Shown: positions 8,352 to 18,938 of the stretch, in pieces | Numbering within the stretch: the stretch's first letter is position 1 | Layout of the letters: the number at the start of each line of letters is the position of its first letter | Source: Minisyncoccota bacterium | Lineage (GTDB): Bacteria; Patescibacteriota; Minisyncoccia; Phycocordibacterales; UBA9973 | Direction: 5' to 3' | Assembly (NCBI GenBank): GCA_041667145.1 | Contig: JBAYFP010000004.1 | Location: forward strand, 9,100-73,099 | Length of the DNA stretch: 64,000 bases | The notes under the pieces: generated by a model | What the model was told of the DNA's origin: nothing | What the model saw: the letters and a program-made list of their open reading frames with translations, nothing else | Databases searched by the model: none | Translations under genes and position numbers: made by a program

Positions 8352-9014
8352 TTAATTGAGCGTTCCTCCTAAGAATATAGTCAGTTCTTCACCTTTTATC
8401 TCTCGAAGAGTGTTTGATTTTAGATTACCTAATTTGATATTCATTATCCTTTCTCGTTTTAGATCAGCGACTTCTTGGAAAAGGGCAGAGCACATCCTTC
8501 TGATTTGGTGTTTTTTGCCTTCGGTCAATATTACCTTAAATGTGTGGTCGTTTACTATCGTTACTTTACATTTTTTGGTGAGGTATCCCTCTATGTTTAC
8601 ACCTGTTTCCATTTTTTGTTTGAAATTGGAACGTAATTTGTTTAGAGTCTTTACAACATATTCTTTCTCGTGAAAGTATTTTGGATCTAATAATTGGTCT
8701 GTGATCCGTCCATCATTAGTCAATATCATAAGTCCATGCGAAGCTTTATCAAGTCTCCCTAGAGGGAATAGATCTATCCTAGGGGAACTGGTTTCAATTC
8801 CTATTGGTTTATTGTACGCAAAATAAATATATTTTTTCTTTTCCGCTCCTTTTACTTCTACCACATCATCTTTTTCTACTTTACCTCCAAGCACTGCGAG
8901 CTTGCCATTAATAAATACTTTCTTTTTTTCTACTAGTTCATCAGCACCTCTTCTTGTTGAGATTTTTTTTGAAGCCAGATATTTATTTATACGCATTGGA
9001 TACAAGTTATCCAT
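8352..9014 (-). CDS. RsuA/RluB/RluF family pseudouridine synthase
   Basis: S4 domain, GRLD, EGKKHQIRRM. Confidence 0.93.
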   Translation of the reverse strand: MDNLYPMRINKYLASKKISTRRGADELVEKKKVFINGKLAVLGGKVEKDDVVEVKGAEKKKYIYFAYNKPIGIETSSPRIDLFPLGRLDKASHGLMILTNDGRITDQLLDPKYFHEKEYVVKTLNKLRSNFKQKMETGVNIEGYLTKKCKVTIVNDHTFKVILTEGKKHQIRRMCSALFQEVADLKRERIMNIKLGNLKSNTLREIKGEELTIFLGGTLN

Positions 9015-12008
9015 TTAGCCGTGTTTTTTACTTGTTTCTTCAGGTGCAACAACCATTCGTTGAGATCCGTAATATGCTTTTCTTATTGCTAAAGCTAACA
9101 AGACGAGGAATAGAATAATTAAAAGCCAGCCCAATAAAGTATTGGGTAAAAAACCACTACCTGCTAGAAGTGCTAGTGCTCCTAGTGGGGTAGTATTGTT
9201 TTCTTCTGTTGTTGTAGGTTCACTCCAAACTTGTGCAGAGACATTGGCATTTACTGATTGTGGCTGACCTGAAGGATCAATATAACTCAATATTGCAGGG
9301 AAATTCAAATTTGTTCCGGCGGGGATGTTGTCGCGCACTCGTACTCGGACTGTCACTGTGCCTTGCCCATTTGCTTTCAATGTTCCTAAGTTAAAGATTA
9401 AATTATTACCAGAAATATTTGGGTTACTTGGTGTTGAGGATATGTAGTTTACTTCGTATGGGAGAATCATTTGTAGAGTAAGGTTGGTGATTGCTCCTGT
9501 ACCAATATTTTGATAATTTACAGTGTAATTAATTTCATCTCCCGGACGTGGTCTAGTATTATCTATAGTAGGAACTATTGGTTGATTGCGGTCAACGGAA
9601 GAAGTGATAAGTACTAGAGATGTCGGAGCAGGTTTTGGATTGTTATTAGTAATTACTTGTGCGCGTACATTAACCATTACAGAATCGGTGGATGTTCCGA
9701 AACTATTACTACAAGTGATGGTGTATGTTTTGCTCCCACTCAACGATCCAGTGTAAAAACTAGCTGGGCCAATACTTTTTTCACCTGCCCATCCGATAGA
9801 TCCACCACTTGCATAACAAGATGTTGCACTAATTGTGCCCCATCGTATTGAAGTTGATCCATTGTAAGCTAGATTTGTTTGGTCTGCATCAATGACTACT
9901 GTCGGTTGGTTGTTGATCACTATTGGTATTGGTTGTTGTTGAGTCACGACGTTCACTGTCACTGACTTTATGTCAGAATTACCATTGTAATTTGAACAAG
10001 AAATAGTGTAAGTCGTAGTATATGTTAAAGGGCCAGTGTTAAAAGTATTAGAATAAATGTTTCGTGACCCTGCCCAACCATTACTGCCACCGCTTGCATA
10101 ACAAGATGTCGCATTGATCGGGTACCAACGAATTATAGTACTTCCATTATAAACGACATTTTGTTGATCGGCTGTGAGACTGACGCTTACTGTCGGTCGA
10201 TAATTATTGTAATAATAGTCGCAAGGCAATGTCCCTCTGTAGTTTGTTGCATCGGGGTCCTGACAAGTTGAAACTCGGTGGTAATAACTACATGGTAACG
10301 TTTCTCTGTAGTTTGTTGCATTTGGGTCTTGGCAAGTTAAGATTCGTCTGTAGTAGTCGCAAGGCAATGTTCCTCTATAATTTGTTGCATTTGGGTCTTG
10401 GCAAGTTAAGACTGGTTGGTTTCCGACATAAACTGTTACTAGATCAGAATCTGACCCGACATTATTTGTACAAGTAATACTGTAAGTCGTAGTTGCATAC
10501 AATGCTCCAGTGTAGAAATTACTTGATAAACTATTGTTTGTATTGAAGTTTGTTCCATAACAAGATGTTGCTCTTTCTGATTTCCAAGTGAGGTAAGTGG
10601 AACCACCATAAGAAAGGTTTGTATCAGTCGCTTTTAGTGTCACAGTTGGGGCTTGTGGTATTACAATAGATGAACATGTACTCCCATTCCATGAAGTTCC
10701 TGAAGCACAACTTGAAGTTGCTGTCGCTTGGTCGAGAAGAATAGAACTATTATAAAGATAAAAAGTTTGAGAACTATAAGGAATCGAAACCGATAAATTA
10801 TATCCTGAATTTGCATTGGAAATATTTACGTTTCCTGATTTAGTGACAGCAGAAATACCTTGTGGATTTATTGTGTCCCATGTGAGATTTACATTACAAC
10901 TATTATTTCCTGAAGGGATGATACATGAAGAAGGGTTGAGAGTAAGACTACCAGACATTTGTAATTGCTGTTGACGGACTGTTATGTCCACGAATTCTGT
11001 GGCGTTTCCCCCTGGCCCAGTACATGTGATTGAGTAAGTTTTATTTGAATATAAAGCTCCAGTTGATTCAGTTGTTGTGTTAGAAGAAGCTGTTTTTGGT
11101 CCATACCAAGAACCAGTTGCATTACATGATGTTGCATTAGTTGAAGACCAAGATAATGTAGAAACACCACCGTATGATACTGTCATTGGAGACGCAGTTA
11201 GTGTGACAGTAGGGCGAGGTGTGACTTGTCCATTTACAGTTACACTTGTAAAAGCTTTTGCTTCTCCTGCACTATTAGTACAAGTAATATTAAAAGTTTT
11301 TGTTGAATATAAAGCTCCTGTAGCTTGGCTACCAGAATTTGCTCTGCTTCCAGACCAACCATCTCCACTTGCGATACAAGTCGGATTATTGGTTGAAGAC
11401 CAAAAAATAGTAGAAGAACCTCCGTAAGGGACTTGTGTAGGATTTGCATAAATAGTGACAGTAGGAGGATATGTGATTACAACACATGCTGGATTTGTAT
11501 ATGTTTGAGAAGAAGGACCTGAACAAGTTGCTCCTCCATTAGCAGGACTTGGGTTTGTACATGTACGAGTTTGAACTCCTGAGATTCCACAAGAAGTGTC
11601 TTTTGCACTCCAATCACTCCAGCCACCGTTTATGGGAGTTGGGGTTACGGGGCATGCGGGGGTGGTAAAAGTTTCAGTTGTAGCAGGTATATAAGTACCA
11701 TCACTTTGCACAGCTAATCTATAATAGTAGTTGGTATTTTGGCTTAATCCTGATAAATTAGCACTTACTTCTTTATCATAATTAAATTGCTGATATCCAA
11801 TTCTTGTTCCGTTACCATTTTGGACTGTTGTTCTATCATTTCCCCATTCAAACCAAGCATTCACAGTAGTGTTGTTTGGCCATACATTCCCATATATAGT
11901 TGCACTATTACAGGTGACGTCTGGAATTCTGGCGAAAGCGGTGTTGACACCACAAAAGAGCCCTATAAGAGTTAAAGCGATTAATATGTTTGATTTGATT
12001 TTAGTCAT
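9015..12008 (-). CDS. Large secreted, C-terminally anchored surface protein (FN3-like, TSP1, Ig-like repeats, DUF11-like)
   Basis: Signal peptide; NGGWSDWS..C..G.QTRTC.NP.P.NGG..C; repeated L.W.S..A.SC..TY.I.C units; PGD.I.YTV.Y.N.G; C-terminal TM. Confidence 0.85.
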   Translation of the reverse strand: MTKIKSNILIALTLIGLFCGVNTAFARIPDVTCNSATIYGNVWPNNTTVNAWFEWGNDRTTVQNGNGTRIGYQQFNYDKEVSANLSGLSQNTNYYYRLAVQSDGTYIPATTETFTTPACPVTPTPINGGWSDWSAKDTSCGISGVQTRTCTNPSPANGGATCSGPSSQTYTNPACVVITYPPTVTIYANPTQVPYGGSSTIFWSSTNNPTCIASGDGWSGSRANSGSQATGALYSTKTFNITCTNSAGEAKAFTSVTVNGQVTPRPTVTLTASPMTVSYGGVSTLSWSSTNATSCNATGSWYGPKTASSNTTTESTGALYSNKTYSITCTGPGGNATEFVDITVRQQQLQMSGSLTLNPSSCIIPSGNNSCNVNLTWDTINPQGISAVTKSGNVNISNANSGYNLSVSIPYSSQTFYLYNSSILLDQATATSSCASGTSWNGSTCSSIVIPQAPTVTLKATDTNLSYGGSTYLTWKSERATSCYGTNFNTNNSLSSNFYTGALYATTTYSITCTNNVGSDSDLVTVYVGNQPVLTCQDPNATNYRGTLPCDYYRRILTCQDPNATNYRETLPCSYYHRVSTCQDPDATNYRGTLPCDYYYNNYRPTVSVSLTADQQNVVYNGSTIIRWYPINATSCYASGGSNGWAGSRNIYSNTFNTGPLTYTTTYTISCSNYNGNSDIKSVTVNVVTQQQPIPIVINNQPTVVIDADQTNLAYNGSTSIRWGTISATSCYASGGSIGWAGEKSIGPASFYTGSLSGSKTYTITCSNSFGTSTDSVMVNVRAQVITNNNPKPAPTSLVLITSSVDRNQPIVPTIDNTRPRPGDEINYTVNYQNIGTGAITNLTLQMILPYEVNYISSTPSNPNISGNNLIFNLGTLKANGQGTVTVRVRVRDNIPAGTNLNFPAILSYIDPSGQPQSVNANVSAQVWSEPTTTEENNTTPLGALALLAGSGFLPNTLLGWLLIILFLVLLALAIRKAYYGSQRMVVAPEETSKKHG
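10200..10406 (-). repeat. Three tandem 69-bp coding repeats (TCQDP.ATNYR.TLPC.YY)
   Basis: caagt anchors at 10264, 10333 and 10402, spaced 69 bp apart. Confidence 0.9.
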
Positions 12009-12156
12009 TTTATTAATATGTTATTTTTAAAGAGTTTATTAGACTCTCCAAAATGGTCGATATTGATTCTACAATCAAGTAATTATATCAATAACTTTGG
12101 AGAATCGTGGAAGCTTTATTCTAAAAAGATAAAGCTTCCACAAAACATTTTTGATC

Positions 12157-12918
12157 TTAAAACAATGCAACATTTAGCAAGTAGGTGATCAGTCCACTTG
12201 CTGCACCGCATCCTATTGCGGCCACTACATTAAATTTTTTCTCTTCGGTCACATTGACCTTATTCGGACCGAAGACAATAGTACCGTCTCCGCTTTGGAG
12301 ACTTACTCCAGGGACAACGACAACATTTGTTGTTGTTGTCTGGAATAGATAACCACCGGCCACTGTACCAAGGCCAGCCCCAAGAATTGTGGTGAACGTT
12401 TTTGTGGTCGTCCACGACTTTTCTTCTGAGAATGTTGGTGGTGCGGGGGGTGAAGATTTCACCCCCTCGAAGAGCATCAACTTGAGCTCTGCGAGATTAT
12501 AGGATGTGGGACGCCGGAGGAGTTCATCCATTCCCTCCTGAAGACTTTTTAACCTTGACAGCATATCTTCACATGCTGACTTATAGTTATTTTCGTCTTC
12601 GAAAGAGATTTCTTTCCCTTCAGGCCTCCAGTTAGCGGTAACGACATCGTTTCCGCAAACCGCTACCCACTTTGCAATATGAGTTTCTCGGTCACATATG
12701 ACCAAGACCCCCGCCACTAAGTGGTTAGTGTACTCCCTCCCTCCCTCCCCTTTTATCGTGATCGTGGGGGAATCATGAGACAAAACGATTCCTATCTCGT
12801 TTTCCCAATCAGGGACCTTGGAAGGATCCTGAGGATTTCTGTTCAGCAGAAACTGAGCCGAACATGTTGTCGTCCCAAGAAGGACAACAACCATTAGAAA
12901 CAATAATGAATTTTTCAT
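12157..12918 (-). CDS. Hypothetical secreted/membrane protein, GC-richer than its flanks
   Basis: AGGAGG upstream of ATG 12918; signal peptide; two C-terminal Gly-rich hydrophobic segments. Confidence 0.7.
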   Translation of the reverse strand: MKNSLLFLMVVVLLGTTTCSAQFLLNRNPQDPSKVPDWENEIGIVLSHDSPTITIKGEGGREYTNHLVAGVLVICDRETHIAKWVAVCGNDVVTANWRPEGKEISFEDENNYKSACEDMLSRLKSLQEGMDELLRRPTSYNLAELKLMLFEGVKSSPPAPPTFSEEKSWTTTKTFTTILGAGLGTVAGGYLFQTTTTNVVVVPGVSLQSGDGTIVFGPNKVNVTEEKKFNVVAAIGCGAASGLITYLLNVALF

Positions 12919-13082
12919 ATTCAGAGGCCCTCCTTTTGAGCCTTCTAAAACATTGTTGTAAATAACATGATTTAAAATCTTATTGTAGTATATCAGACTT
13001 GACAAGAAAAGTCAAGACATGTACTACATATCCATTACAGTTGACGTGTTAGCCGTAATATGTTTACATGACAAAAAAATAC

Positions 13083-13541
13083 CTAAAAATTAGATGTTTT
13101 TACTTGAGGTCTTATCTGAATTGTTTTTGCAGTAATACTGCCGTCTGTGTTTGCAGTACCTGTAACTATGATTTGTGTGCCAGTTGCCAAATCATTTAGA
13201 GAACCAGTAATTGTTTTTGTAACTTCAGTACTAGTACCTAAAAGAATAATTTTTGAACCAACTTGAGTGTTTGTGGAATTTGGATCTATATTATTTATTT
13301 TGACTGTGACACTATTTGCATCTTTAGAAAGTATTTCTCCTGAAACAAAACCACTACCATTCATTCTGCCATTTCTGTTTCCCATACCAGGTTGTCCGGT
13401 TCTGTTTTGTCCGTTTTGGTTGAATCCATTTGATCCAAACAGTGGAATCTGACTTTTTCCATAAGTCATACCCCCATAAAATACTCCCATTAAAATTATA
13501 ATTCCTACTATTGCATAAATAATTGTGTTTTTATTTTTCAT
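13083..13541 (-). CDS. Membrane-anchored DUF5666-like OB-fold protein
   Basis: N-terminal TM; L..G..I.V.G....DG.I.A..I motif. Confidence 0.7.
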   Translation of the reverse strand: MKNKNTIIYAIVGIIILMGVFYGGMTYGKSQIPLFGSNGFNQNGQNRTGQPGMGNRNGRMNGSGFVSGEILSKDANSVTVKINNIDPNSTNTQVGSKIILLGTSTEVTKTITGSLNDLATGTQIIVTGTANTDGSITAKTIQIRPQVKTSNF

Positions 13542-13649
13542 CCCAGTACTAAAATTTTATTTACTATTAATAATATTGACCTTTTTTATCTCCCATCCTT
13601 TATTTTTAATATTTATGTAATTTAATTAAAAATTTAGTACGGGACAAGT
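13542..13649. mobile_element. MITE-like element, CCCAGTACTAAAATTTT...AAAATTTAGTACGGGACAAGT
   Basis: Termini near-identical to 63240-63312; abuts ATG 13541. Confidence 0.85.
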
Positions 13650-13684
13650 ATTTTTTTTCTAGAACCTAGAACCTAGAAACTAAT

Positions 13685-14908
13685 TTACTCATATCTCAAA
13701 GCATCTATCGGATTAAGTTTTGATGCTCTTGTTGCCGGATAATATCCGAAAACGATACCAATGATTGCTGAGACACCAAAGGCAAGCAATATGGAACTGA
13801 TAGAAACTTTTGTAGTGATCAGACCAGTTTTGGTTATGACGAAGGATATGAGCCAACCAAGAATTACCCCGATGACTCCACCGATGAATGTGAGCATTAC
13901 CGCTTCTAATAAAAATTGACTGCTGATGTCTTTTCTTTTCGCACCGATTGCTTTTCTTAAACCTATTTCGCGTGTTCGCTCTGTCACTGTAGTAAGCATC
14001 ATATTCATAATTCCTATCCCGCCGACGAGAAGAGAGATACCAGCTATCGCAGCGAGAAGTGTCGTGAAGGTACTTGTTATAGATGAAGCAGTGGCTAAAA
14101 TATCTGCTTGATTAAGTGTAGAAAAATCAGCAAGTGCTGGGTCTCCTATATGATGTCTTGCGAGAAGGAGAGTAGTAACATCATTTTGTACTTGAGAAGT
14201 TGTATCTGAACTTTCAGCAGATACACTAATGGAGGTGACGTATTGATCTCCAGAAAGGTACTTTTGAGCCGTGGTTATAGGAATAAATATCATGTCGTCT
14301 GAATTACCAAAACCAGTTCCACCTTTTGTTTGAGTTACTCCTATGACTTTGAATTGCATATTTCTTATACGAATTATTTGCCCAAGTGCTTCTCCTCCGG
14401 TTCCCCATAAATCATCTCGTACAGCTGGGCCTACCACAGCGACTTTAGCTCCACTTTCAATATTTGAATCAGTTACGAATGATCCTTCGTCGATTTGTAT
14501 ATTGTGTATGTCGGGATAATTTGAAGTGACACCATCGACAGTAGTGTTGGTATTTGTTCCTTTTGCTGTCACTTGATAGCGCCCAGAAACTTCTGCTCCA
14601 GCAGCTTTTACAGAGGACACTTCTTTGGAGATAGCATTAGAATCTTCTATCGTTAAAGATTTTGCTGTTCCACGTCCTGTATTTACTTGTGTTCCTGCTC
14701 CACGTGGAGCCCCAGGACGGATGGTTATGAGGTTTGATCCGATAGATTGAATAGAATCAGTGATAGAACTTTGTGCTCCCGTGCCTATCGCTGTCATGGC
14801 TATCACAGAACTGATACCTATCACAATGCCGAGCATCGTAAGACCCGATCGAATTTTATTCGAAGAGAGAGCACTATATGTTTCTTCTAGTATATCTTTT
14901 ATTTTCAT
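13685..14908 (-). CDS. MacB-like ABC permease
   Basis: RS.LTMLGIVIG, VGGIGIMN.M..TVTERTREIG.RKA.GA, P..ALRYE. Confidence 0.95.
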   Translation of the reverse strand: MKIKDILEETYSALSSNKIRSGLTMLGIVIGISSVIAMTAIGTGAQSSITDSIQSIGSNLITIRPGAPRGAGTQVNTGRGTAKSLTIEDSNAISKEVSSVKAAGAEVSGRYQVTAKGTNTNTTVDGVTSNYPDIHNIQIDEGSFVTDSNIESGAKVAVVGPAVRDDLWGTGGEALGQIIRIRNMQFKVIGVTQTKGGTGFGNSDDMIFIPITTAQKYLSGDQYVTSISVSAESSDTTSQVQNDVTTLLLARHHIGDPALADFSTLNQADILATASSITSTFTTLLAAIAGISLLVGGIGIMNMMLTTVTERTREIGLRKAIGAKRKDISSQFLLEAVMLTFIGGVIGVILGWLISFVITKTGLITTKVSISSILLAFGVSAIIGIVFGYYPATRASKLNPIDALRYE

Positions 14909-14910
14909 GA

Positions 14911-15594
14911 TTAATTTTTTTTAATATCACTTACGATCATTCCGTCTTTAATATGAATTATTCTATCTGCATGATCTGCGACATCTTGTTCGTGAGTGAT
15001 CAGAATAATAGTACGTCCAAAATTGCGGTTAAGTTTTTGGAATGTGTCTAGAACTATCTCTCCAGTTTTTGAGTCGAGATTTCCTGTAGGTTCATCGGCA
15101 AGAATGAGCGTGGGATTATTTACGAGGGCGCGAGCTATAGCTACACGCTGGATTTGTCCACCCGAGAGTTGATTAGAGAGATGTCCAAAATGTGTTTCCT
15201 CTAACCCTGCATCAAGAAGTGCAGTTTTTGCCCGTTTATCTCGTTCTTCACCGTGGATTCCTTCATAAACAAGTGGTAAAGAAACATTACGTAATACTGT
15301 GGCACGAGGGAGAAGATTAAATGCTTGAAAGACAAAACCTATTTTATCTCTTCTTATATCTGCTAGCTCATCATCGGAGAGAGTAGAGACATCTTTACCA
15401 TCCAAGAGATATGTTCCAGAGGTTGGGCTGTCGAGTGCACCCAAAATATGCATGAGAGTTGATTTACCTGAACCAGATGGCCCCATAATTGCGACATATT
15501 CTCCATCATTAATGGTAAAACTTGCACCTTTGAGGGCGGTGAAATCTTCTACGCTACTTTTATAAATTTTTGTGATGTCTTTTACTTCTATCAT
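14911..15594 (-). CDS. MacB/LolD-type ABC ATPase
   Basis: [23 protein letters not shown]. Confidence 0.96.
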   Translation of the reverse strand: MIEVKDITKIYKSSVEDFTALKGASFTINDGEYVAIMGPSGSGKSTLMHILGALDSPTSGTYLLDGKDVSTLSDDELADIRRDKIGFVFQAFNLLPRATVLRNVSLPLVYEGIHGEERDKRAKTALLDAGLEETHFGHLSNQLSGGQIQRVAIARALVNNPTLILADEPTGNLDSKTGEIVLDTFQKLNRNFGRTIILITHEQDVADHADRIIHIKDGMIVSDIKKN

Positions 15595-15600
15595 GAATTT

Positions 15601-17241
15601 TTATCTTTCAAAACCTCCTGCACCTCCTATGGCACGAGTGCCGCCACCTCCTAGTAGGGAAGAAGTTGATGCAGTGCTCGTCGTGGTACTGGTGATAGTA
15701 CGAGAAACTATTTGATCGCCCTCCTTTAAACCAGAGACAATTTCTGTGTTTGTATCATCTGAAATTCCTGTTTCTACTATTACTTGAGAAGGCGCCACCT
15801 TTGAAGGTGTTCCAAGTGAACCTGTGGTTGGTGAGGCGAGTGGTGGTGTAAACATTTGAACATATTTTGTAACACCTTGATTTTTTATGGCGCTTGAAGG
15901 TACTATCAGTACGTCTGTTTTTGAATTGGTGATGATGGAAGCTGAGACACTCATCCCTGGTTTCACTTGGCTATTTTCAGTATCAAAAGCAATTTTTACA
16001 TTATATGATACGACACCTTGGGAAACTGTACCTATGGTGTCGATTTGTGCTACGTAGCCAGTCAATGACAGATTGTCTATTGCATCGAATGTAATTGTCG
16101 CTTTTTGTCCGAGTTTTATTTTTGCGACATCTACTTCATTCATGGATAAGGTAGCTATTTGTTGATTCGTTATTATAGAACCAAGTGTACCTGAAGATGT
16201 ATCTCCGACTTTAGCTATCACACTTGCTATAGTTCCATTGAATGGAGCGAAAACATAATAATCTTTTAATTTATCTTTAGCGTCTTGTAGAGCATTTTCT
16301 TTTTGCTTCACAGATAATTCTGAAGATTGTAAATCTAGATCAGTGTTAGTGAATGAATCTTTAGAGTTTTTTATGGTTGTTTCTGATGTTAGTAGATCAT
16401 TATAATATCCAGTGGTTGTATTTTTGTATGTTAATAAAGTACTTTGATAAGAAGAGAGTGAAGAATTATTTTCAGTATCTTCTGTCATAAAAACTATGTA
16501 GGTTCGTAAATTTTTTATTGCATCATTTGTAAGACTAGTCATTGCATAAGTTTGATTGATTATTTTTTCTATATCTTCTTTAGGAGAGTCATGTGTGAGC
16601 GTAATATAATACCTTCTATTTTCATCGAATGAATTTTTTGCATCATAGTATGTATCCTCGGCTTTGTTTCTGTAATCTAATGCGGTTTTTCCATTCATTC
16701 GAGCGACATTATCTGAGAGTTCTTGATTATTAAGAATACTTTCAATACCAGTCATTACGTCTGATAAATCTAAGAATGTGTTTGAAACTGTATTAAAGCC
16801 ATCCTCATAAGCTTTTGATAGATCAGTATTTAGACTATCATTTGAATTTTGGAGTTTAAATTTATCCAAAGAAATTTGTGCAGACTGTAAGTTTATTTCT
16901 GCATCACGAACAGCTTTTTGTGCATCTCCATTATCGATAGAGAAAAGTGTTTTTCCTTTATAAACAATATCTCCGGGTTTAACTCCAACGTAAGTGATGG
17001 TGCCTGATACATTTGCTTTTAAATCAATTTGATTAGAACTTTCCACTTGTCCGCTTGCAGAGACAGATGAGACGATGGTGCCTTTTTGTACTGTTGTTGT
17101 CACATATTGTGTTTCGCCAGTTGTGTTTGTAGCTTTTCCGTAGCCCCAATACCCTATATATAAGACCATTATCAAGACGATGATGCTTATTATTTTATGG
17201 GAAAAAATATAAAATTTTATTTTTTTAATGTATTCTTGCAT
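15601..17241 (-). CDS. MacA/HlyD-like periplasmic adaptor
   Basis: N-terminal TM, lipoyl halves (V.PGD.V.KG; APFNG), long coiled coil, GL.EGD. Confidence 0.9.
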   Translation of the reverse strand: MQEYIKKIKFYIFSHKIISIIVLIMVLYIGYWGYGKATNTTGETQYVTTTVQKGTIVSSVSASGQVESSNQIDLKANVSGTITYVGVKPGDIVYKGKTLFSIDNGDAQKAVRDAEINLQSAQISLDKFKLQNSNDSLNTDLSKAYEDGFNTVSNTFLDLSDVMTGIESILNNQELSDNVARMNGKTALDYRNKAEDTYYDAKNSFDENRRYYITLTHDSPKEDIEKIINQTYAMTSLTNDAIKNLRTYIVFMTEDTENNSSLSSYQSTLLTYKNTTTGYYNDLLTSETTIKNSKDSFTNTDLDLQSSELSVKQKENALQDAKDKLKDYYVFAPFNGTIASVIAKVGDTSSGTLGSIITNQQIATLSMNEVDVAKIKLGQKATITFDAIDNLSLTGYVAQIDTIGTVSQGVVSYNVKIAFDTENSQVKPGMSVSASIITNSKTDVLIVPSSAIKNQGVTKYVQMFTPPLASPTTGSLGTPSKVAPSQVIVETGISDDTNTEIVSGLKEGDQIVSRTITSTTTSTASTSSLLGGGGTRAIGGAGGFER

Positions 17242-17247
17242 AATTGT

Positions 17248-17751
17248 TTATTGATTCAATAGATTAGGTCCTCCTCTCATCATTAGTTGAGGTGAGGGCA
17301 TTACTCTAATAAACTTTGCTTCTATTTGACCTTGATTATTTGGAGAACCTATGACTATTATGTAATCGTCTAAGGATAAGTCTGTGGATTTTATATTTGC
17401 CATCATTTCCTGTATTTGAGTGTTGTCGCTTAGGAGAATCACCTTTTCTGTGTTGTTCTTGTCTCGCACTATTATTGTTGGTAATGTTATTTTTATAATT
17501 TTACCTATAGCGCCATTAGCATTTGGAAAATTATCTTTTCCAAAACCAGACATAGGACCACTTGGTCTCATTCCAAAGTTTTTCTCATAATTTTCTCCCC
17601 AAGCACGACCGAAAGATGCTTTATGAAAACCGACAGAAACCCCAGCAGAAAATATTAGTATTACTATTATGATTGCTCCTATTAAATATATAAAACCTGT
17701 AGAAACTTTCGACTCAAAAACCTTTTTTATGTCTTCGTATATTTTTTTCAT
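17248..17751 (-). CDS. Membrane-anchored DUF5666-like protein
   Basis: TM; DL...D.I.VIG.P...G.IEA..IR. Confidence 0.7.
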   Translation of the reverse strand: MKKIYEDIKKVFESKVSTGFIYLIGAIIIVILIFSAGVSVGFHKASFGRAWGENYEKNFGMRPSGPMSGFGKDNFPNANGAIGKIIKITLPTIIVRDKNNTEKVILLSDNTQIQEMMANIKSTDLSLDDYIIVIGSPNNQGQIEAKFIRVMPSPQLMMRGGPNLLNQ

Positions 17752-17756
17752 ATGGT

Positions 17757-18173
17757 TTATGCTATGCCATAGGTATTACCCATGTTGCTATTATTAATAA
17801 TTTGCTTTGCTATGTACTTGATTGACATGAGGATGATGAAGATAAGGGAGAGAGAAAGCACAATGCTCATTGTGGGCAATGATTCAATGATAGAGAGTGA
17901 AAGTTCTTGCCAATAAGAAGTGATAGAGCTTCCATTAGAGAATATTAAAGATAAGTATTCATAAAAACCTGATTGCGTAAGGTCATTAGATAATATCTGC
18001 CAAGCGGGGAAGAGCCCTATTAGTGAGGCGACCCCGATAGAAGAAAATGCCCATAATTTTATATAAGCTATACGTTTATTACGTAAAAGTATATTGTTCC
18101 AAACATTAAGAGATAAACCAGATTTCTCTTTATATCTGGCATTTTTAAAAGCTTTTGATAGTTCTTTTTCCAT
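17757..18173 (-). CDS. Putative membrane anti-sigma factor
   Basis: Short basic N-terminus, 2-3 TMs, downstream of the ECF sigma gene. Confidence 0.55.
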   Translation of the reverse strand: MEKELSKAFKNARYKEKSGLSLNVWNNILLRNKRIAYIKLWAFSSIGVASLIGLFPAWQILSNDLTQSGFYEYLSLIFSNGSSITSYWQELSLSIIESLPTMSIVLSLSLIFIILMSIKYIAKQIINNSNMGNTYGIA

Positions 18174-18183
18174 ATACTATATA

Positions 18184-18210
18184 TACGGACGGAGAACCTA
18201 TTTTGGTGCA
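18184..18210 (-). promoter_or_regulatory. Candidate ECF sigma promoter TGCACC-N17-CGTA
   Basis: Resembles the ECF consensus (TGAAAC-N16-CGTA of B. subtilis SigW); directly upstream of ATG 18173. Confidence 0.45.
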
Positions 18211-18221
18211 TTTTTATGAAT

Positions 18222-18938
18222 TCACCTTATGACTTCCCATTCTTTACTATATGAACCCCCTCTAAAGACTGCAGAAAGATAATTAAAAAACCATTCCATT
18301 AATAATTTAGGCCAACCTATTTTGTGTGCTCTTCGCCCTGTGTGATATATGGTTAGATCTTTAGCGAAATATGTTTTTCCTATTTTTGCTATCCTATTGA
18401 AAAATTCGTAATCTTCTCCTGCTACTAAGTTCTCATTATATCCTTTTGCTTTTTGGAAAATACCTCTTTTTATCATTTGAAATTCTCCTATAGCGGCCCC
18501 TTTTTTAAAATAATTATTCAAAATAAAGTTACAGAAGTTTAATATTGAGAAAATAATTTTGTCAGCAAAAGTTTCTTGATCCCTAAATACTCTTATAGGT
18601 ACAGTGAGACCGACGAGATCTTTATTCGACTCAAATATTTGTAAAGTTTTTGGGAAAAAAGAATTTATATCTGGTATGTAAACATCTGCATCAATAAAAA
18701 CCAAATATTCACCCTGAGCAATTGAGGCCCCCTTGTTTTTACCCTCACTGATTTTTTGGCGTTCTGTTTCTTTATGCTCCAAAACTTTTGCATATTTTTT
18801 TGCGATTAATACTGTATTATCTGTGCTTTGTCCGTCTGAAACTATTATTTCTTTTTCACCATGATATGAAGAAAGGCATTGAAGAATTTTTTTGATGACT
18901 TTTTCTTCATTTTTAGTTGGAACAATAAATGAGATCAT
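18222..18938 (-). CDS. Glycosyltransferase family 2
   Basis: SFIVP..NEE, DGQSTD, FIDAD, GED. Confidence 0.93.
   Translation of the reverse strand: MISFIVPTKNEEKVIKKILQCLSSYHGEKEIIVSDGQSTDNTVLIAKKYAKVLEHKETERQKISEGKNKGASIAQGEYLVFIDADVYIPDINSFFPKTLQIFESNKDLVGLTVPIRVFRDQETFADKIIFSILNFCNFILNNYFKKGAAIGEFQMIKRGIFQKAKGYNENLVAGEDYEFFNRIAKIGKTYFAKDLTIYHTGRRAHKIGWPKLLMEWFFNYLSAVFRGGSYSKEWEVIR

Noticed and set aside
13659-13682. ctagaac x3 microrepeat
   Set aside because: Too short to assign a function; intergenic slippage is sufficient
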